19,408 nt of DNA, taken from the NCBI GenBank assembly GCA_038128265.1, contig JAYPJE010000045.1, positions 1-19,408 on the forward strand, in the 5' to 3' direction. This document shows positions 18,132-19,408 of the stretch, one piece after another. The position numbers and the translations under genes were made by a program. Under the pieces are notes generated by a model. The model searched no databases. It was not told where the DNA came from and saw nothing but the letters and a program-made list of their open reading frames with translations. Source of the DNA: Gemmatimonadota bacterium (GTDB lineage Bacteria; Latescibacterota; UBA2968; UBA8231). How positions within the stretch are numbered: position 1 is the first letter of the stretch; each line of letters starts with the position of its first letter.

Positions 18132-19408
18132 ATGGACAAACCAAACCAAGTGAAACCAGCCAGCGGCAAGCTCGGCATTCTCATGCCGGGTATGGGCGCC
18201 GTGGCCACCACCGTTATCGCCGGCGTGGAAGCCATTAAAGCCGGACTCGGCCAGCCCATTGGCTCGCTGACGCAGATGGGCACCATTCGCCTCGGCAAGC
18301 GCACCGAAGGGCGCTCGCCCCTCATCAAGGACTTTGTTCCCCTCGCCGAGCTCGACGACCTGGTCTTCGGTGGCTGGGACGTATTCCCCGACGACGCCTA
18401 CGATGCCGCCGCACACGCGGGCGTGCTGCAAAAGGACACGCTCAACGCCATCGAAGAGCGCCTGCGCGCCGTCAAGCCGATGAAAGCCGTTTTCGATCGC
18501 GACTACGTGCGCCGCCTCGAGGGCTCGCACGTAAAGGCCGGCAAAGACAAGTGGGCGATGGTCTTGGAAGTGCGCGAAGACATCCAGCGCTTCAAAGAGG
18601 ATAACGGGCTCGATCGCCTGGTGATGATCTGGTGCGGCAGCACGGAGATCTTTCTCGAGCCGAACCCCGTGCACGACGATATTGAGAGCCTAGAAAAGGC
18701 GATCAAGGAAAACCACGCCTCTATTGCCCCCAGCATGATCTACGCCTACGCCGCCCTGCAAGAGGGCGTGCCCTTTCTCAACGGCGCGCCCAACTTAACG
18801 GTCGATACGCCGGCTATGATCCAACTGGCCAAGCAGCAGGGCGTGCCCATCGGCGGCAAGGATTTCAAGACGGGGCAGACCCTGATGAAGACCATTCTCG
18901 CTCCCGGCTTCAAGGCGCGCATGCTCGGCGTGCGCGGCTGGTTTTCCACCAATATCCTCGGAAACCGCGACGGCGAGGTGCTCGACGACCCCTATTCGTT
19001 CAAAACCAAAGAAGTCAGCAAGCTCGACGTGCTCGAGTACATCTTACAGCCCAAGCTGCACGAAGAGCTCTACGGCGATATCTACCACAAGGTGCGCATC
19101 AACTACTATCCGCCGCGCGGCGACGAGAAGGAAGGCTGGGACAACATCGATATCTTCGGCTGGCTCGGCTACCCAATGCAAATCAAGGTGGATTTTCTCT
19201 GCCGCGACAGCATTCTCGCCGCGCCGCTAGTACTCGATCTCGTCCTCTTCACCGATCTAGCACAGCGCTGCGGCTGGAGCGGCATTCAGGAGTGGCTCTC
19301 ATTCTACTTCAAAAGTCCGCAGACAGCGGCCGACCTCTATCCCGAGCACGATATCTTTATCCAGCTGATGAAGCTCAAGAACACGCTGCGCTTTATGATG
19401 GGCGAAGA
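18132..19408 (+). CDS. ino1: Inositol-3-phosphate synthase (myo-inositol-1-phosphate synthase), 3' truncated by window edge
   Basis: My translation from ATG 18132 (GGGAG RBS): MDKPNQVKPASGKLGILMPGMGAVATT..VFGGWD..WCGSTE..NGAPN..GKDFKTGQT..STNILGNRDG..YYPPRGDEKEGWD..CRDSILAAP..SFYFKSP. It has no stop in the window, so it is missing from the ORF track. Confidence 0.93.
   Translation, partial: MDKPNQVKPASGKLGILMPGMGAVATTVIAGVEAIKAGLGQPIGSLTQMGTIRLGKRTEGRSPLIKDFVPLAELDDLVFGGWDVFPDDAYDAAAHAGVLQKDTLNAIEERLRAVKPMKAVFDRDYVRRLEGSHVKAGKDKWAMVLEVREDIQRFKEDNGLDRLVMIWCGSTEIFLEPNPVHDDIESLEKAIKENHASIAPSMIYAYAALQEGVPFLNGAPNLTVDTPAMIQLAKQQGVPIGGKDFKTGQTLMKTILAPGFKARMLGVRGWFSTNILGNRDGEVLDDPYSFKTKEVSKLDVLEYILQPKLHEELYGDIYHKVRINYYPPRGDEKEGWDNIDIFGWLGYPMQIKVDFLCRDSILAAPLVLDLVLFTDLAQRCGWSGIQEWLSFYFKSPQTAADLYPEHDIFIQLMKLKNTLRFMMGE

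Overview
GC-rich (roughly 60% by eye), gene-dense bacterial chromosome segment, mostly housekeeping and metabolic. In order: 3' end of leuB (+); a GIY-YIG nuclease and potABCD polyamine ABC transporter (-); a metallophosphoesterase and a large AcnB aconitase (-); a divergent JmjC/cupin Fe-2OG oxygenase (+); a second metallophosphoesterase, queG, rseP, cdsA and uppS (-); then 5-formyl-THF cyclo-ligase, NIPSNAP, a CBM9-like secreted protein, dusB, DUF309 and an inositol-3-phosphate synthase running off the end (+, absent from the ORF track). I see no rRNA, tRNA, CRISPR array, IS, prophage or defence island, and no clear multi-gene novel system. The best leads are small-scale: a long structured potA leader with a uORF, a terminator abutting the queG start codon, an apparently leaderless cyclo-ligase gene, a possible MPYY mini-ORF before dusB, non-canonical motif residues in UppS, PotD and DusB, and absence of dxr from the uppS-cdsA-rseP cluster.
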